Source: Planctomycetota bacterium (GTDB taxonomy: Bacteria; Planctomycetota; UBA1135; UBA2386). From it: 64,000 nt of DNA. The translations under genes and the position numbers were made by a program. The notes under the pieces are model-generated. The model was not told the DNA's origin and made no database searches. It was given only the letters and a program-made list of their open reading frames with translations. Shown in pieces: positions 11,054-21,559 of the stretch. The first letter of the stretch is position 1, and each line of letters begins with the position of its first letter. Location of the stretch: the NCBI GenBank assembly GCA_046290465.1, contig JBKAGP010000001.1, forward strand, positions 3,632,270 to 3,696,269, written 5' to 3'.

Positions 11054-11578
11054 ATGCAGACCTGGATCCTGTTCGCGCTCCTCACCGTCGCCTCGTGGGG
11101 CATCTACGGCGTGCTGCTGCACAGCGGCCAGGTCGCGATGAGCGACCCGCAGAACGGCCGCTACAAGGCGTTCTTCTGGGTCGGCATCGCCTACTTCCTG
11201 ATCGCGGTGCTGGCGCCCGCCGGCATGCTGCTGGCGGCGAAGGCCTCGTGGTCGATGCCGTCCAAGGCGATCTGGCTGTCGCTGTTCGCCGGGGTCGTCG
11301 GCGCCGTCGGCGCGTTCGGCGTGCTGCTCGCGTTCGGCGCCAAGGGCCACCCGGCCGCGGTGATGTCGATCATCTTCGCCGGCGCACCGATCGTGAACGC
11401 GTTCGTCGCGATGTCGCTGCACCCACCCAAGGGCGGCTGGGGCAGCCTCGACTGGCGCTTCCTGCTCGGCATCGCCCTGGCCGCGACCGGCGGGCTGCTG
11501 GTCAGCCTCTACAAGCCCGCGCCCGGCGGCGCCAAGCCGGCCGGCCAGCCACCGAGCCAGCAGAACGCGCCGAAATGA
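11054..11578 (+). CDS. small integral membrane protein (4 TM), unknown function
   Basis: 174 aa. In-frame ATG inside the long spurious ORF 10052..11578. Four hydrophobic helices. Its stop overlaps the ATG of the ABC ATPase. Confidence 0.5.
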   Translation: MQTWILFALLTVASWGIYGVLLHSGQVAMSDPQNGRYKAFFWVGIAYFLIAVLAPAGMLLAAKASWSMPSKAIWLSLFAGVVGAVGAFGVLLAFGAKGHPAAVMSIIFAGAPIVNAFVAMSLHPPKGGWGSLDWRFLLGIALAATGGLLVSLYKPAPGGAKPAGQPPSQQNAPK

Positions 11579-12282
11579 GCGCACCGCTGGTCGAACTGCG
11601 CGGGATCACCCGTCGCTTCGGTGCGACGACCGAAGTGCTGCGCGGGATCGATCTCGAGGTCGCCGCGGACGACACGCTGGCCGTGCTCGGCCCGTCCGGC
11701 TGCGGCAAGAGCACGTTGCTGCACATCCTCGGCGGGCTGCTGCCGCCCACCAGTGGCACCGCGCGCTTCGACGGCCGCGACCTCGCGACGATGTCGGCGA
11801 CCGAACTGGCCGCGCTGCGCAACCGCGAGATCGGCTTCGTGTTCCAGGCGCACCACCTGCTGCCGCAGTGCACCGCGCTCGAGAACGTGCTGGTGCCGAC
11901 CCTCGTGCACCCCAAGGACGACGCGCGCCGCTCTGCCGAGTCGCGTGCCCGCGAGCTGCTCGCCGACGTCGGCCTCGGCCAACGCCTCGACCACCGCCCG
12001 GCGCAGCTGTCCGGAGGCGAGCAGCAGCGCGTCGCGGTCGTGCGCGCGCTGATCAACCGGCCGCGGCTGCTGTTGGCGGACGAGCCGACCGGCTCGCTCG
12101 ATGAGGCGGGCACCGACCTGCTCGGCGACCTGCTGTGCTCGCTCAACGAGAAGCACCGGGTTGCGGTCGTGACGGTCACCCACTCGCCGCGGCTGGCCCG
12201 GCGCATGCGGCGCGTGGTCGAGCTGCACGCAGGCCGCCTGCGCCGCGCCGACGACGCCCGCGCGGCGGACACGGCCGGATGA
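11575..12282 (+). CDS. ABC transporter ATP-binding protein (LolD/MacB-type)
   Basis: Walker A GPSGCGKST, signature LSGGEQQRVAVVRAL, Walker B LLLADEPTGSLD. Confidence 0.85.
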   Translation: MSAPLVELRGITRRFGATTEVLRGIDLEVAADDTLAVLGPSGCGKSTLLHILGGLLPPTSGTARFDGRDLATMSATELAALRNREIGFVFQAHHLLPQCTALENVLVPTLVHPKDDARRSAESRARELLADVGLGQRLDHRPAQLSGGEQQRVAVVRALINRPRLLLADEPTGSLDEAGTDLLGDLLCSLNEKHRVAVVTVTHSPRLARRMRRVVELHAGRLRRADDARAADTAG

Positions 12283-15200
12283 GCTCCTGGAGCCTGATCG
12301 CGCGCGGCCTCGCGCACCACTGGCGCACGCACGTCGGCGTCGTGCTCGGCGTGCTGGTCGCGACCGCGGTGTTGGCCGGCGCGCTGATCGTCGGCGACTC
12401 GGTGCGCGCCAGCCTGCGCCGCCAGGCCCTGCAGCGCATCGGCCGCTTCGACAGCGTGCTCGCCTGCGGCGACCGCTTCGTCACCGCCGACCTCGCGCGA
12501 CGCATCGAGGCCGGACTCGGTGCGACCACCTGCGCGGCGCTGCAGCTGCCGGGGGTCGCCAACCGCGGGGACGGCAACGCGCGCACCGGCATCGTCGACG
12601 TGTTCGGCGTCGACGACACGTTCTTCGCGATGAGCACGCGCGGCGTCGCCCGCCCGGCACCGGCACCTCGCCACGCGCTGCTCAACCGGCAGCTGGCCGA
12701 ACAGCTCGGCGTGCAGCCCGGTGACGAGATCGTGCTGCGCATCGAAAAGCCCAGCCTGATGCCGCAGGAGGCGACGATGGCGACCGTCGACGACCTCGCG
12801 TTCGCGATGCGCGTCGAGATCGACGCGCTCGTCGACGACGACGAGTTCGGCCGCTTCGGCCTGCGCGCCAGCCAGGTCGCGCCGTTCGACGTGTTCGTGT
12901 CGCGCACCTGGCTCGCCGCAGAACTCGAACTCGAAGGCCACGCCAACCTGCTGCTGAGCGCGGCCGGCACGACCCGCAGTGACGAGGCCCTGCGCGCCCA
13001 CTGGACGCTCGCCGACGCCGAACTCGAGCTGCGCGTCGGCGACGCCGGCAGCGAACTGCGCAGCGGCCGCGTGTTCCTCGATGCAGCGATCGTCGACGCG
13101 GCCACGGAGCTGGCTCCCGACGCGTTCGGCGTGTTCACCTACTTCGTCAACGCGCTGCAGGTCGGCGAGCGCGTCACGCCCTACTCGATGGTCTGCGGCG
13201 TCGGCCCGCTCCGTAGCGCACCGGCGACGGCTCCGCTGCGGCAGCTGATGCCGGCCACGGACGACCTGCTGATGCCCAACGCCTGGCTCGCAGACGACCT
13301 CGGCGCCGACCGCGACGACCGCGTCCGGCTGCGCTACTACGTGATGAACGAGCAGCTGCAGCTCGAGGAACGCGAGCACGAACTGCGGATCGGCCGCGTC
13401 GTGCCGCTGGTCGGCGTGGCCGCCGACCCGACGCTGATGCCCGAGTTCCCCGGACTGGCCGAGGCGCGTAGCTGCACCGACTGGGAGCCGGGCGTGCCGG
13501 TCGAGCTCGACCAGCTCGACGACCGCGACCAGCAGTACTGGGACGAACACCGCGGCACGCCCAAGGCGTTCGTGTCGCTGGCGACCGCGCGCTCGCTGTG
13601 GGCCAATCGGTTCGGCACGCTGACGGCGATCCGCGTGCCCGCAGGTCCCGACGCCGAACGGCTCGCGCAGCTGCCGCGCCGGCTCTTGCCCGAATCGGTC
13701 GGCCTGTTCTTCCAGGACCTGCGCGGCCCCGCGCTCGCTGCCGCCGCACCCGCGACCGACTTCGGCGCGCTCTACCTCGGCCTCAGCTTCTTCCTGATCG
13801 TCGCGGCGCTGCTGCTGACCACGCTGCTGTTCGTGTTCGGCATCGAGCAGCGCGCCGGCGAGGTCGGCACGCTACTGGCGGTCGGCTACGAGCCACGGCA
13901 GGTGCGCAGCCTGTTCGTGCGCGAGGCGCTGCTGCTCGCGTGCGTCGGCGCGGCGCTCGGCACGTTCGCCGGCATCGGCTACGCCGACGGCGTGCTCGCC
14001 GGCCTCGCCACGCTGTGGCAGGACACCGCCCGGCAGGCGGCGCTCTCGGCCCACGTCGAACCCGGCTCGCTCTTGACCGGCGCAGCAGTCACGATCCTGG
14101 CCGCGATGGTCGCGATCTGGTGGACGCTGCGCGCGACCGCGCGGCGACCGGCCGTCGAGCTGCTGGCGACCCGCGGCGGCCTGGAGGCCGCCTCGACCGA
14201 TCCCGCCAGCGCACGCCGACGGCTGTGGACCAGCAGCCTGGTCGCCGCGTTGGCGGCCACGGGCGCGCTGACGCTGGCGCTGCGCGCCGACCCGTGGCGG
14301 GCGACCAGCGCGTTCTTCGGCGGCGGCGCGCTGCTGCTGGTCGCGTCGCTCGCGGCGTGCCGTGCGCTGCTGGCGCGCCTCGGTGCCGGTCCACGTCGGC
14401 CGATCGCGACGGTCGCGGCGCTCGGCCTGCGCAGCGCCAGCCGACGGCCGGGGCGCAGCCTCGCGTCGATCGCGCTGCTCGCGAGCGGCGCCTTCCTGGT
14501 GCTGGCGATCCAGGCCAACCGGCTCGCGCCGCCGCAGGACCCGACCGAACGCACCTCCGGCACCGGCGGCTTCGCGCTGTTCGGTCGCTCGACGCTGCCG
14601 GTGTTGCGCGACCTCGCGACCGAGGCGGCGCGCGACGCCTACGCGCTCGACTCAAGAACGCTGCGGGACGTCGACGTCGTGCCGCTGCGGCTGCGGCCCG
14701 GCGACGACGCCAGCTGCCTCAACCTCGCCACCGCCCAGAACCCACAGCTGCTCGGCGTGCTGCCGGAACGGCTCGCCCGGCGCGGTGCGTTCCGCTTCAC
14801 CCGCGCGATCGACGGCGCGTCGGTCGACGACGGCTGGACGCTGCTCGAACGGGACCTCGGTCCGAACGTCGTGCCGGCGATCGGCGACGGCGGCAGCGTC
14901 GCCTGGGCGCTGCACAAGAAGGTCGGCGACTCGCTGCGCTACCGCGACGAGAACGGCGAGGAGTTCGACGTGCGCATCGTCGCCACCGTCGCCGACTCGA
15001 TCCTGCAGGGCAACCTGCTGATCGCCGACCGCCACCTGCGCGCGCGCTTCCCTTCAGCGTCGGGCTTCCGCATGTTCCTCGTCGATGCGCCCGCGCAGCG
15101 CGCCGACGAGGTCGCGCGCGACCTGAGCGACGCGCTGTCCGACATCGGCCTCGAACTGACGCCGACCGGCCAGCGGCTCGCGTCGTTCCAGTCGGTGCAG

Positions 15201-15581
15201 AACACCTACCTGTCGATCTTCCAACTGCTCGGCGGCCTCGGCTTGTTGCTCGGCACGGTCGGCCTCGGCGTCGTCGTGATGCGCAACGCACTCGAACGCC
15301 GCAGCGAACTCGCGGTCGCGCGCGCGCTCGGGTTCTCCGACGGCGCCGTGCGGCGACTGGTCTGGAGCGAGCACGCGCTGCTGCTGGCCCTCGGCCTGTT
15401 GGCCGGAACCGCCGCCGCCTCGATGGCCATGATCCCGGCGCTGCGCGACGGCCGGGACCTGCCGCTCGGGTCGTCGGCCCTGCTGCTCGGCGCACTCGCC
15501 GCGAGCGGCGCGTTCTGGGTCTGGCTGGCCAGCCGCCTCGCCACCCGCGGCCCGCTGCTCGACCGGCTGCGCGGCGACTGA
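12279..15581 (+). CDS. ABC transporter permease, FtsX/MacB-like, very large (about 1100 aa) with duplicated permease modules
   Basis: ATG 12279 overlaps the ATPase stop. N-terminal TM followed by a large extracytoplasmic region. Two FtsX-like 4-helix bundles lie near residues 520-650 and 970-1100. Confidence 0.75.
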   Translation: MSSWSLIARGLAHHWRTHVGVVLGVLVATAVLAGALIVGDSVRASLRRQALQRIGRFDSVLACGDRFVTADLARRIEAGLGATTCAALQLPGVANRGDGNARTGIVDVFGVDDTFFAMSTRGVARPAPAPRHALLNRQLAEQLGVQPGDEIVLRIEKPSLMPQEATMATVDDLAFAMRVEIDALVDDDEFGRFGLRASQVAPFDVFVSRTWLAAELELEGHANLLLSAAGTTRSDEALRAHWTLADAELELRVGDAGSELRSGRVFLDAAIVDAATELAPDAFGVFTYFVNALQVGERVTPYSMVCGVGPLRSAPATAPLRQLMPATDDLLMPNAWLADDLGADRDDRVRLRYYVMNEQLQLEEREHELRIGRVVPLVGVAADPTLMPEFPGLAEARSCTDWEPGVPVELDQLDDRDQQYWDEHRGTPKAFVSLATARSLWANRFGTLTAIRVPAGPDAERLAQLPRRLLPESVGLFFQDLRGPALAAAAPATDFGALYLGLSFFLIVAALLLTTLLFVFGIEQRAGEVGTLLAVGYEPRQVRSLFVREALLLACVGAALGTFAGIGYADGVLAGLATLWQDTARQAALSAHVEPGSLLTGAAVTILAAMVAIWWTLRATARRPAVELLATRGGLEAASTDPASARRRLWTSSLVAALAATGALTLALRADPWRATSAFFGGGALLLVASLAACRALLARLGAGPRRPIATVAALGLRSASRRPGRSLASIALLASGAFLVLAIQANRLAPPQDPTERTSGTGGFALFGRSTLPVLRDLATEAARDAYALDSRTLRDVDVVPLRLRPGDDASCLNLATAQNPQLLGVLPERLARRGAFRFTRAIDGASVDDGWTLLERDLGPNVVPAIGDGGSVAWALHKKVGDSLRYRDENGEEFDVRIVATVADSILQGNLLIADRHLRARFPSASGFRMFLVDAPAQRADEVARDLSDALSDIGLELTPTGQRLASFQSVQNTYLSIFQLLGGLGLLLGTVGLGVVVMRNALERRSELAVARALGFSDGAVRRLVWSEHALLLALGLLAGTAAASMAMIPALRDGRDLPLGSSALLLGALAASGAFWVWLASRLATRGPLLDRLRGD

Positions 15582-15704
15582 CGGCGCCGCGTCGACGCGG
15601 CGAGGTCCCAGTTACGTCCTAACTCCGTATGTGTCGCGGTTGGGGTGCCGGGGTGGCTTCCGTTCCCTGCGCGCCCCCGCTATGCCAACGTGCCAGGAGC
15701 TCCC

Positions 15705-17561
15705 ATGCCGCACATCCGCACCGTCATCGTCTTCGCCGCGCTCGCGACCAGCGCGCTCTGCCAGACCACCGAGAACGATGCCCCCGATCCTCAGCTCGCC
15801 GAGCAGCAGCGCCTCGAGCAGCTGTTCGCCGCACAGATGTCCGGCTGCAAGATGACCGGACGGTTCACGCTCGACGGCTCCGACAAGCCGGCGCAGCCCG
15901 AGACCTACACGCTCGGCGAGGTGCGCAAGATGCGCGACGAGAAGTGGCGCGTCGAAGCCAAGATCGAGTACGCCGACAAGTCGGCGACGGTGCCGCTGAC
16001 GGTCGACGTGTTCTGGGCCGGCGAGACGCCGATGATCCAGGTCACCAACCTGTCGGTTCCGGGTCTCGGCACCTACAGCGCGCGGGTGCTGATCCAGGGC
16101 AACCGTTACGCGGGCACCTGGTCGGGCAAGAGCTACGGCGGCCACATGTTCGGCAGGATCGAGCGCAAGCACGACCGCGCGCGCGGCGACACCGTCTCGC
16201 TCGACGACGTGCTGAGCGGCCGCGTCGAGGGCTCCTCCGCGAGCAAGCAGGGCTCCGACCAGAACTGGCCGACGTGGCGCGGCCCGGCGGGCTCGGGCGA
16301 GGCCGCCGGCAAGCCGCCGCTGACCTGGAGCGAGGACGAGAACATCGTCTGGAAGACGCCGCTGCCCGGCCTCGGTAACTCGACGCCGGTCGTCTGGGGC
16401 AACCGCATCTACCTGACGACGGCGATCGAGACCGAACAGGCCGGGGAAGCGCCGAAAGCCGAGCCGGAGGAATCGGGCGCAGGGGACGCCGGGCGACGAG
16501 GTGGCCGTCGCGGCGGCCGACGCGGCGGCGGCCGCCAGAACAACCCGGCGCCGAAGAACGTCTGGGACTTCCGCGTGCTGGCGCTCGACCGCGCCACCGG
16601 CAAGGTGCTGTGGAACCAAAGCGTCACGCGCATGGTGCCGCACGAGGGTGGCCACAAGACCGGCTCGCAGGCATCCAACTCGCCGATCACCGACGGCCGC
16701 TTCGTCTACGCCCACTTCGGTTCGCGCGGCATCCACTGCCTGACCGTCGACGGCGACAAGGTGTGGTCGCGCGACGACCTCGGCCTGATGCGCACGCGCA
16801 ACGCGTTCGGCGAGGGCAGTTCGCCGGCGCTGGTCGACGACACCCTGATCGTCAACTGGGACCACGAGGGTGACTCGTTCGTGGTCGCACTCGACGCGCG
16901 CACCGGTGAGGACAAGTGGCGCAAGCCGCGCGAAGAGGTCACCAGCTGGTCGACGCCGGTGATCGCCGAGGTCGACGGCCGCAAGCAGGCGATCATCACG
17001 GCGACCGGCGCGTCGCGCGCCTACGACGTCGAGACCGGCGACGTCGTCTGGAGCTGCAAGGGCATGACCCTCAACGCGATCCCGACGCCGATCGTCAAGG
17101 ACGGCGTCGCCTACCTGATGAGTGGGTTCCGCGGCGCGATGCTGCAGGCAATCCGGTTGTCGGGCGCCAAGGGCGACATCACCGACAGCGAGCACGTGCT
17201 GTGGAGCCACAAGCGGCAGACGTCGTACGTGCCGTCGGCGCTGCTCTACGACGACAACCTGTACTTCCTGCGCAGCAACAACGCGGTGCTGAGCTGCGTC
17301 GACGCCAAGACCGGCGAGGTGCGCTACGAAGGGCAGCGCCTGCCGGGCCTGCGCACGGTCTACGCGTCGCCGCTCGGCGCCGACGGCCGGGTCTACTTCA
17401 CTTCGCGCGAGGGCGTCACCAAGGTCGTCAAGGCCGGCGGGACCTTCGAGGAGCTGGCGACCAACGAACTCGACGACTCGTTCGACGCCAGCCCGATCGT
17501 GCTCGGCAACCGCATGTTCCTGCGCGGCCACGGCAACCTGTACTGCATCGGCAACGAGTAG
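15705..17561 (+). CDS. PQQ-like beta-propeller repeat protein with an extra N-terminal domain and a Gly/Arg linker
   Basis: SD aggag sits 7 nt before ATG 15705. Signal peptide. About 190-aa N-domain, then W-P-T-W-R-G-P and GRRGGRRGGRRGGGR low-complexity linker, then blades. Confidence 0.8.
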   Translation: MPHIRTVIVFAALATSALCQTTENDAPDPQLAEQQRLEQLFAAQMSGCKMTGRFTLDGSDKPAQPETYTLGEVRKMRDEKWRVEAKIEYADKSATVPLTVDVFWAGETPMIQVTNLSVPGLGTYSARVLIQGNRYAGTWSGKSYGGHMFGRIERKHDRARGDTVSLDDVLSGRVEGSSASKQGSDQNWPTWRGPAGSGEAAGKPPLTWSEDENIVWKTPLPGLGNSTPVVWGNRIYLTTAIETEQAGEAPKAEPEESGAGDAGRRGGRRGGRRGGGRQNNPAPKNVWDFRVLALDRATGKVLWNQSVTRMVPHEGGHKTGSQASNSPITDGRFVYAHFGSRGIHCLTVDGDKVWSRDDLGLMRTRNAFGEGSSPALVDDTLIVNWDHEGDSFVVALDARTGEDKWRKPREEVTSWSTPVIAEVDGRKQAIITATGASRAYDVETGDVVWSCKGMTLNAIPTPIVKDGVAYLMSGFRGAMLQAIRLSGAKGDITDSEHVLWSHKRQTSYVPSALLYDDNLYFLRSNNAVLSCVDAKTGEVRYEGQRLPGLRTVYASPLGADGRVYFTSREGVTKVVKAGGTFEELATNELDDSFDASPIVLGNRMFLRGHGNLYCIGNE

Positions 17562-17564
17562 CCG

Positions 17565-18791
17565 TCACTTGGAGGCGGCGCCGAGGCAGACCAGCTGCTC
17601 GGCCGTGCGCACGAACATGCAGCCGCGCGCCAGCGCCGGCGTCGCCAGGATCGGCGCACCGAGGTCGAGCGAGCCGAGCCGTTGGTGCCGGCCGATCGCG
17701 AAGCTGACCAGGTGGCCCTCGCGGTCGCCGATGTAGATCGCGCGGCCGTTGCTCACCGGCGAGCTGAAGAAGCGGTGCTCGCTGCGTTCGCGCCACCGCT
17801 GCTCGCCGGTCTCTGCTTCGATGCAGCTGCAGTAGCCGCTGTCCGAGAACAGGTAGAAGTGGCCGTCGACGGCGATCGGCGACGGCACGTACGGCAGCCC
17901 GCGACGCGGCTTGTAGCGCACCTCGGGCTCCTTGCGGGCGCCGTCGGCGAGGTCGAACACGACGCACTCCTTGCCCGAGTCGCCGCTGCCGGTCTGCACC
18001 ATCAGCAGGTCGCCCGACAGGCACGGGCAGGCGATGAACCGGTTCTTGAAGCCGAGGTCGGCCTGCCAGCGGAGCTCGCCCGACTCCGGCTCGATCGCGG
18101 TCAGGCCGTGCGCGTAGCTCGCCAGCAGCAGCACCGGCGGCGCATCCTTCGGGCGGTGCACGAACGGCGGTGAGTAGCACGCCCAGCGCGCCTTCTGCTG
18201 CCGTTCGATGCGCCAACGCGGCTTGCCGGTGCGGCGATCGAGCGCCGTCACGAAGCAGTCGTCGCCCTGGTTCTCGTTGGCGACGACCAGCAGGTCGCCG
18301 CACAACACCGGCGACGTCGCGCTGCCGTGGTTGCTGTAGAACGCGCCGAGCTCGCGCCGCCACAGCGGCTTGCCCGCGTGGTCGAGCGCCAGCGCGACCA
18401 GCTGCTTGCCGGAGGTCCACAACACGTAGACGCCGTCGGCATCGACGGCCGGCGTCGACGACGCAAAGCTGTTGAGCTTGTGCTGGTCGTGCGGCTCGAA
18501 CGCGCTTCTGCGCGCCCAGCGCTGCTCGCCGGTGTCGGCGTCGAAGCAGACGACCTCACGTTCGCCGCGCTGGTCGCCGATGCGCGTCAGGAACAGCGCA
18601 TCGCCCCACAGCACCGGCGACGAGTGGCCGGCGCCGGCATCGACCCGCCAGCGAACGTGCTGCTCGGTCAGGACCGCCGGCAGGTCGGCCTTGCCGTGGC
18701 CCTGCCCCGCCGGGCCGCGCAGCCGCGTCCACTCCTGCGCGGCGGGCGCCGCGGCCAGCAGCACGACCAGCAACCCCGGCGCCGCGCGCAT
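17565..18791 (-). CDS. PQQ-like beta-propeller repeat protein
   Basis: Start taken at MRAAPGLLVVLLAAAPAAQEW (signal peptide). ATG overlaps the stop of the upstream minus-strand gene (TGATG). Confidence 0.75.
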   Translation of the reverse strand: MRAAPGLLVVLLAAAPAAQEWTRLRGPAGQGHGKADLPAVLTEQHVRWRVDAGAGHSSPVLWGDALFLTRIGDQRGEREVVCFDADTGEQRWARRSAFEPHDQHKLNSFASSTPAVDADGVYVLWTSGKQLVALALDHAGKPLWRRELGAFYSNHGSATSPVLCGDLLVVANENQGDDCFVTALDRRTGKPRWRIERQQKARWACYSPPFVHRPKDAPPVLLLASYAHGLTAIEPESGELRWQADLGFKNRFIACPCLSGDLLMVQTGSGDSGKECVVFDLADGARKEPEVRYKPRRGLPYVPSPIAVDGHFYLFSDSGYCSCIEAETGEQRWRERSEHRFFSSPVSNGRAIYIGDREGHLVSFAIGRHQRLGSLDLGAPILATPALARGCMFVRTAEQLVCLGAASK

Positions 18792-20221
18792 CACTTCGCC
18801 CCCAGACGGTAAAGGTGGCCGTGCGTGCGGATCCAGACGCTGTCGTCGACCAGCGCGGGCGTCGCGAAGCACTCCTCGCCGAAGTCGGCGCGGTGCAGTT
18901 CTTCGAGGCCGCCGGCGGCGAGCACGGTCAGCACGCCCGATTCCCCGAGCAGGTAGACCTTGCCGTCACCGGCCACCGGTGAGGCGAAGTAGGCGTCGCC
19001 GGCGTCGCCGACGCGCGCCTTGCCGAGCCGCCTGCCGGCGTCGGCCGAGACCGTCGTGACCAGCCCACCCTGATCGCTGGCCAGGTAGTAGACGTTGTCG
19101 AGGACCAGCGGCGACGGCAGCTGCGGGATCGAACGGTAGTAGCGCCACTGCACGGCCTGCTCGGTGCGATCGCCCTCGCCGCCGACGGTGATCGCCATCG
19201 CCGCGTTGACCGACGCGAACGACGCCCGACACAGCCGCCACTCGCCCGCGTCGAGGCCGCCGCTGTGGTCGAGGTCGAGGTACTGGAAGTAGGCCTTCAC
19301 GCGCCGTTCGTCGACCTCGTCGCGACCGAGCGCGCCGTCGCCGTTCGCGTCCATCGCCGCGACCGCGTCGGCGAACTTCGGCAGCTCGATCTGGCGGCCG
19401 CGATCGTTCATCGGGCTGCCGTAGCCGTGGATCCACAGCGTGTCGCCGCGCAGCACCGGCACCGACTTCATCTCGCACGGCAGGCCGCGCACCCACCAGA
19501 CGCGCTCGCCGGTGTCGGCGTCGTAGGCATCGAGCAGGAACGAGCCCGGCAGGATGAACTGCACCGGCTTGCCCTCGGGTCGGTAGACGATCGGCGTGCA
19601 GTGGCCGCTGACGGCATCGGGCCGCGCGACCTTGTAGAGCACTTCCCCGCTGTGCTTGTGCACGCCCAGCACGTAGCTGTCCTTGCCGTCGTCGCACGGC
19701 AGCACCGCGACGTCGCCGACCAGGATCGGCGACGCGCCCATCCCGTAGATGTTGAAGAACGGCCCGAGCGGCTTGCGCCAGCGTTCCTTGCCGTCGTGGT
19801 CGTAGGCGAGCATGCCGTACTCGTCGAAGAACACGACCACGGTGTCGCCGTCGACCGCGGCCGACGCCGCGGCCGGACCGTTCTTGCCGTGGAACTCGGT
19901 GCGACGCGGCCGCGGCGCCTCGCGCCGCCAGACCGTCTCGCCGGTGCGCTTGTCCAGCGCGTAGGTCCACAGCTTGTCGGACTCGACCGCGGTCAGGAAC
20001 ACGCGGTCCGCACTGAACACCGGCGAGCTGTGGCCCGGCGGAAACGCGCGCTTCCAGATCACGCCCTGCTTTGGCCCGATCTCGGCGGCGTAGCTGCCGG
20101 ACGCGGCGAGGCCGGTGCCGTTGGGCCCACGGAATCGGTTCCACGGGGAGGTGGTCGCCTCCTGGGCGAGCAGACCCACCGCGCACAGCGCGGCGACGGC
20201 GAACGAGCGAACGGGCGACAT
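18791..20221 (-). CDS. PQQ-like beta-propeller repeat protein carrying an inserted EF-hand pair
   Basis: Signal peptide plus W-N-R-F-R-G-P. Canonical EF-hand loops DANGDGALGRDE and DLDHSGGLDAGE are inserted between blades. Confidence 0.8.
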   Translation of the reverse strand: MSPVRSFAVAALCAVGLLAQEATTSPWNRFRGPNGTGLAASGSYAAEIGPKQGVIWKRAFPPGHSSPVFSADRVFLTAVESDKLWTYALDKRTGETVWRREAPRPRRTEFHGKNGPAAASAAVDGDTVVVFFDEYGMLAYDHDGKERWRKPLGPFFNIYGMGASPILVGDVAVLPCDDGKDSYVLGVHKHSGEVLYKVARPDAVSGHCTPIVYRPEGKPVQFILPGSFLLDAYDADTGERVWWVRGLPCEMKSVPVLRGDTLWIHGYGSPMNDRGRQIELPKFADAVAAMDANGDGALGRDEVDERRVKAYFQYLDLDHSGGLDAGEWRLCRASFASVNAAMAITVGGEGDRTEQAVQWRYYRSIPQLPSPLVLDNVYYLASDQGGLVTTVSADAGRRLGKARVGDAGDAYFASPVAGDGKVYLLGESGVLTVLAAGGLEELHRADFGEECFATPALVDDSVWIRTHGHLYRLGAK

Positions 20222-20256
20222 GGCCAGATGCTACGGATCCGGCCTGCCGGCGGCGG

Positions 20257-21492
20257 CTACCGTTTCGTCTCGATACGGTACAGGTGCTTCCGCGTGCGCA
20301 GCACCAGCGCGTCCCCGACCACCGCCGGCGACGCCATGAAGCCCGATTCGAGGTGGTTCTCCGCCAGCTCGCGGTATTCGTCCGCCTTCGCCAGCACGAC
20401 GGTGCGCCCCTCGCGGTCGAAGAAGTAGATCCGGTCGCCCACGCACAGCGGCGAACCCGAGTGCTCGCCGCCGAGGCGATGGCGCCACACCGGCTCGCCG
20501 GTCCGGGCGTCGAGGCAGGTCGCGTAGCCGCCGTCGTCGACCATGAAGATGCGGTCCCCGACCAGCAGCGGCGACGGCATCTTGGGCACGTTGCGCCGCC
20601 ACGTCCACGCGACCTTCTCGTCGGTCACGTCGCCGCTGCCCGCGAGCTCGACCGCGTAGAGCTGCGCGCGCATGAACCCCGTCGGGATGTAGACGCGCAC
20701 GCCGTCGGTGAGCGGTCGCGACGCCAGCGAGAAGCCCTTGTAGCGCACGCGCCACAGCTCCTTGCCGGTCTCGAGGTCGTAGGCCATCGCCGCGTGCGCG
20801 CCGGGGCTGAGCAGCACGCGGGTGCCGTCGAGCTCGGTGACGATCGGCGTGCAGTAGGCCTTGCGCAGGTCCTTCTGCATGCTGGCGAGGTCGATCGAAC
20901 GCTCGGTCTTCCAGACGGTCTCGCCGGTGCGCTTGTCGAGCGCGATGACGAACTGCACATCGCCGCCGTCGACGTGGAACGCGAGCAAGTCGTCGACCAG
21001 CACCGGGGACGAGCCCGGCCCTTCCATGTGGTCGCAGTTGATGTCGCGTCGCTGCCAGACCTCGTCGAACGTCTCGGTGTCGATGCACGCCGTGCCATAG
21101 GTGCCGAAGTGCACGTAGACGCGGCCCGGCTCGACGACCGGCGACGGCGACGCGTGGCTGTTGAGCGCGTTCTTCTTGCCGGCCTTCTCGACCTCGAACA
21201 CGACGCGCCGGTGCACGATCTCGCCGCTGTCGGCGTCGACCGCGACGACGTGCATCTTGCGGCCGCCGTCGGTCGCCGTGGTCAGCCAGATGCGCCCGTC
21301 GCAGACCACCGGTGACGACCAGCCCTCGCCGGGGATCGCGACCTTCCAGCGCACGTTCTGCTGCTCGCTCCAGGTCAGCGGCACGTCGGCCGCAGCGACC
21401 ACGCCGTCGCGCTTCGGGCCGCGGAACTCCGGCCAGACGGCCTGGGCGGCGAGCGGGGCCGCGCACGCAGCGAGAACGAGAAGGTTGCGCAT
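20257..21492 (-). CDS. PQQ-like beta-propeller repeat protein
   Basis: Signal peptide MRNLLVLAACAAPLAAQA followed by W-P-E-F-R-G-P-K-R-D-G. Divergent from the next gene across a 67-bp intergenic region. Confidence 0.8.
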   Translation of the reverse strand: MRNLLVLAACAAPLAAQAVWPEFRGPKRDGVVAAADVPLTWSEQQNVRWKVAIPGEGWSSPVVCDGRIWLTTATDGGRKMHVVAVDADSGEIVHRRVVFEVEKAGKKNALNSHASPSPVVEPGRVYVHFGTYGTACIDTETFDEVWQRRDINCDHMEGPGSSPVLVDDLLAFHVDGGDVQFVIALDKRTGETVWKTERSIDLASMQKDLRKAYCTPIVTELDGTRVLLSPGAHAAMAYDLETGKELWRVRYKGFSLASRPLTDGVRVYIPTGFMRAQLYAVELAGSGDVTDEKVAWTWRRNVPKMPSPLLVGDRIFMVDDGGYATCLDARTGEPVWRHRLGGEHSGSPLCVGDRIYFFDREGRTVVLAKADEYRELAENHLESGFMASPAVVGDALVLRTRKHLYRIETKR

Positions 21493-21559
21493 GGCGGGAT
21501 GTTACGGCGGCGTCGAGCAATCCCGCATCCGGACCCGGCGCCGAGACGAAACGGCGACG

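Noticed and set aside
15591-15608. Perfect 18-bp palindrome CGCCGCGTCGACGCGGCG after the FtsX permease gene, as a possible terminator
   Set aside because: No downstream T-run. It may be a protein-binding palindrome (it contains a SalI-like GTCGAC core), but there is no supporting evidence.
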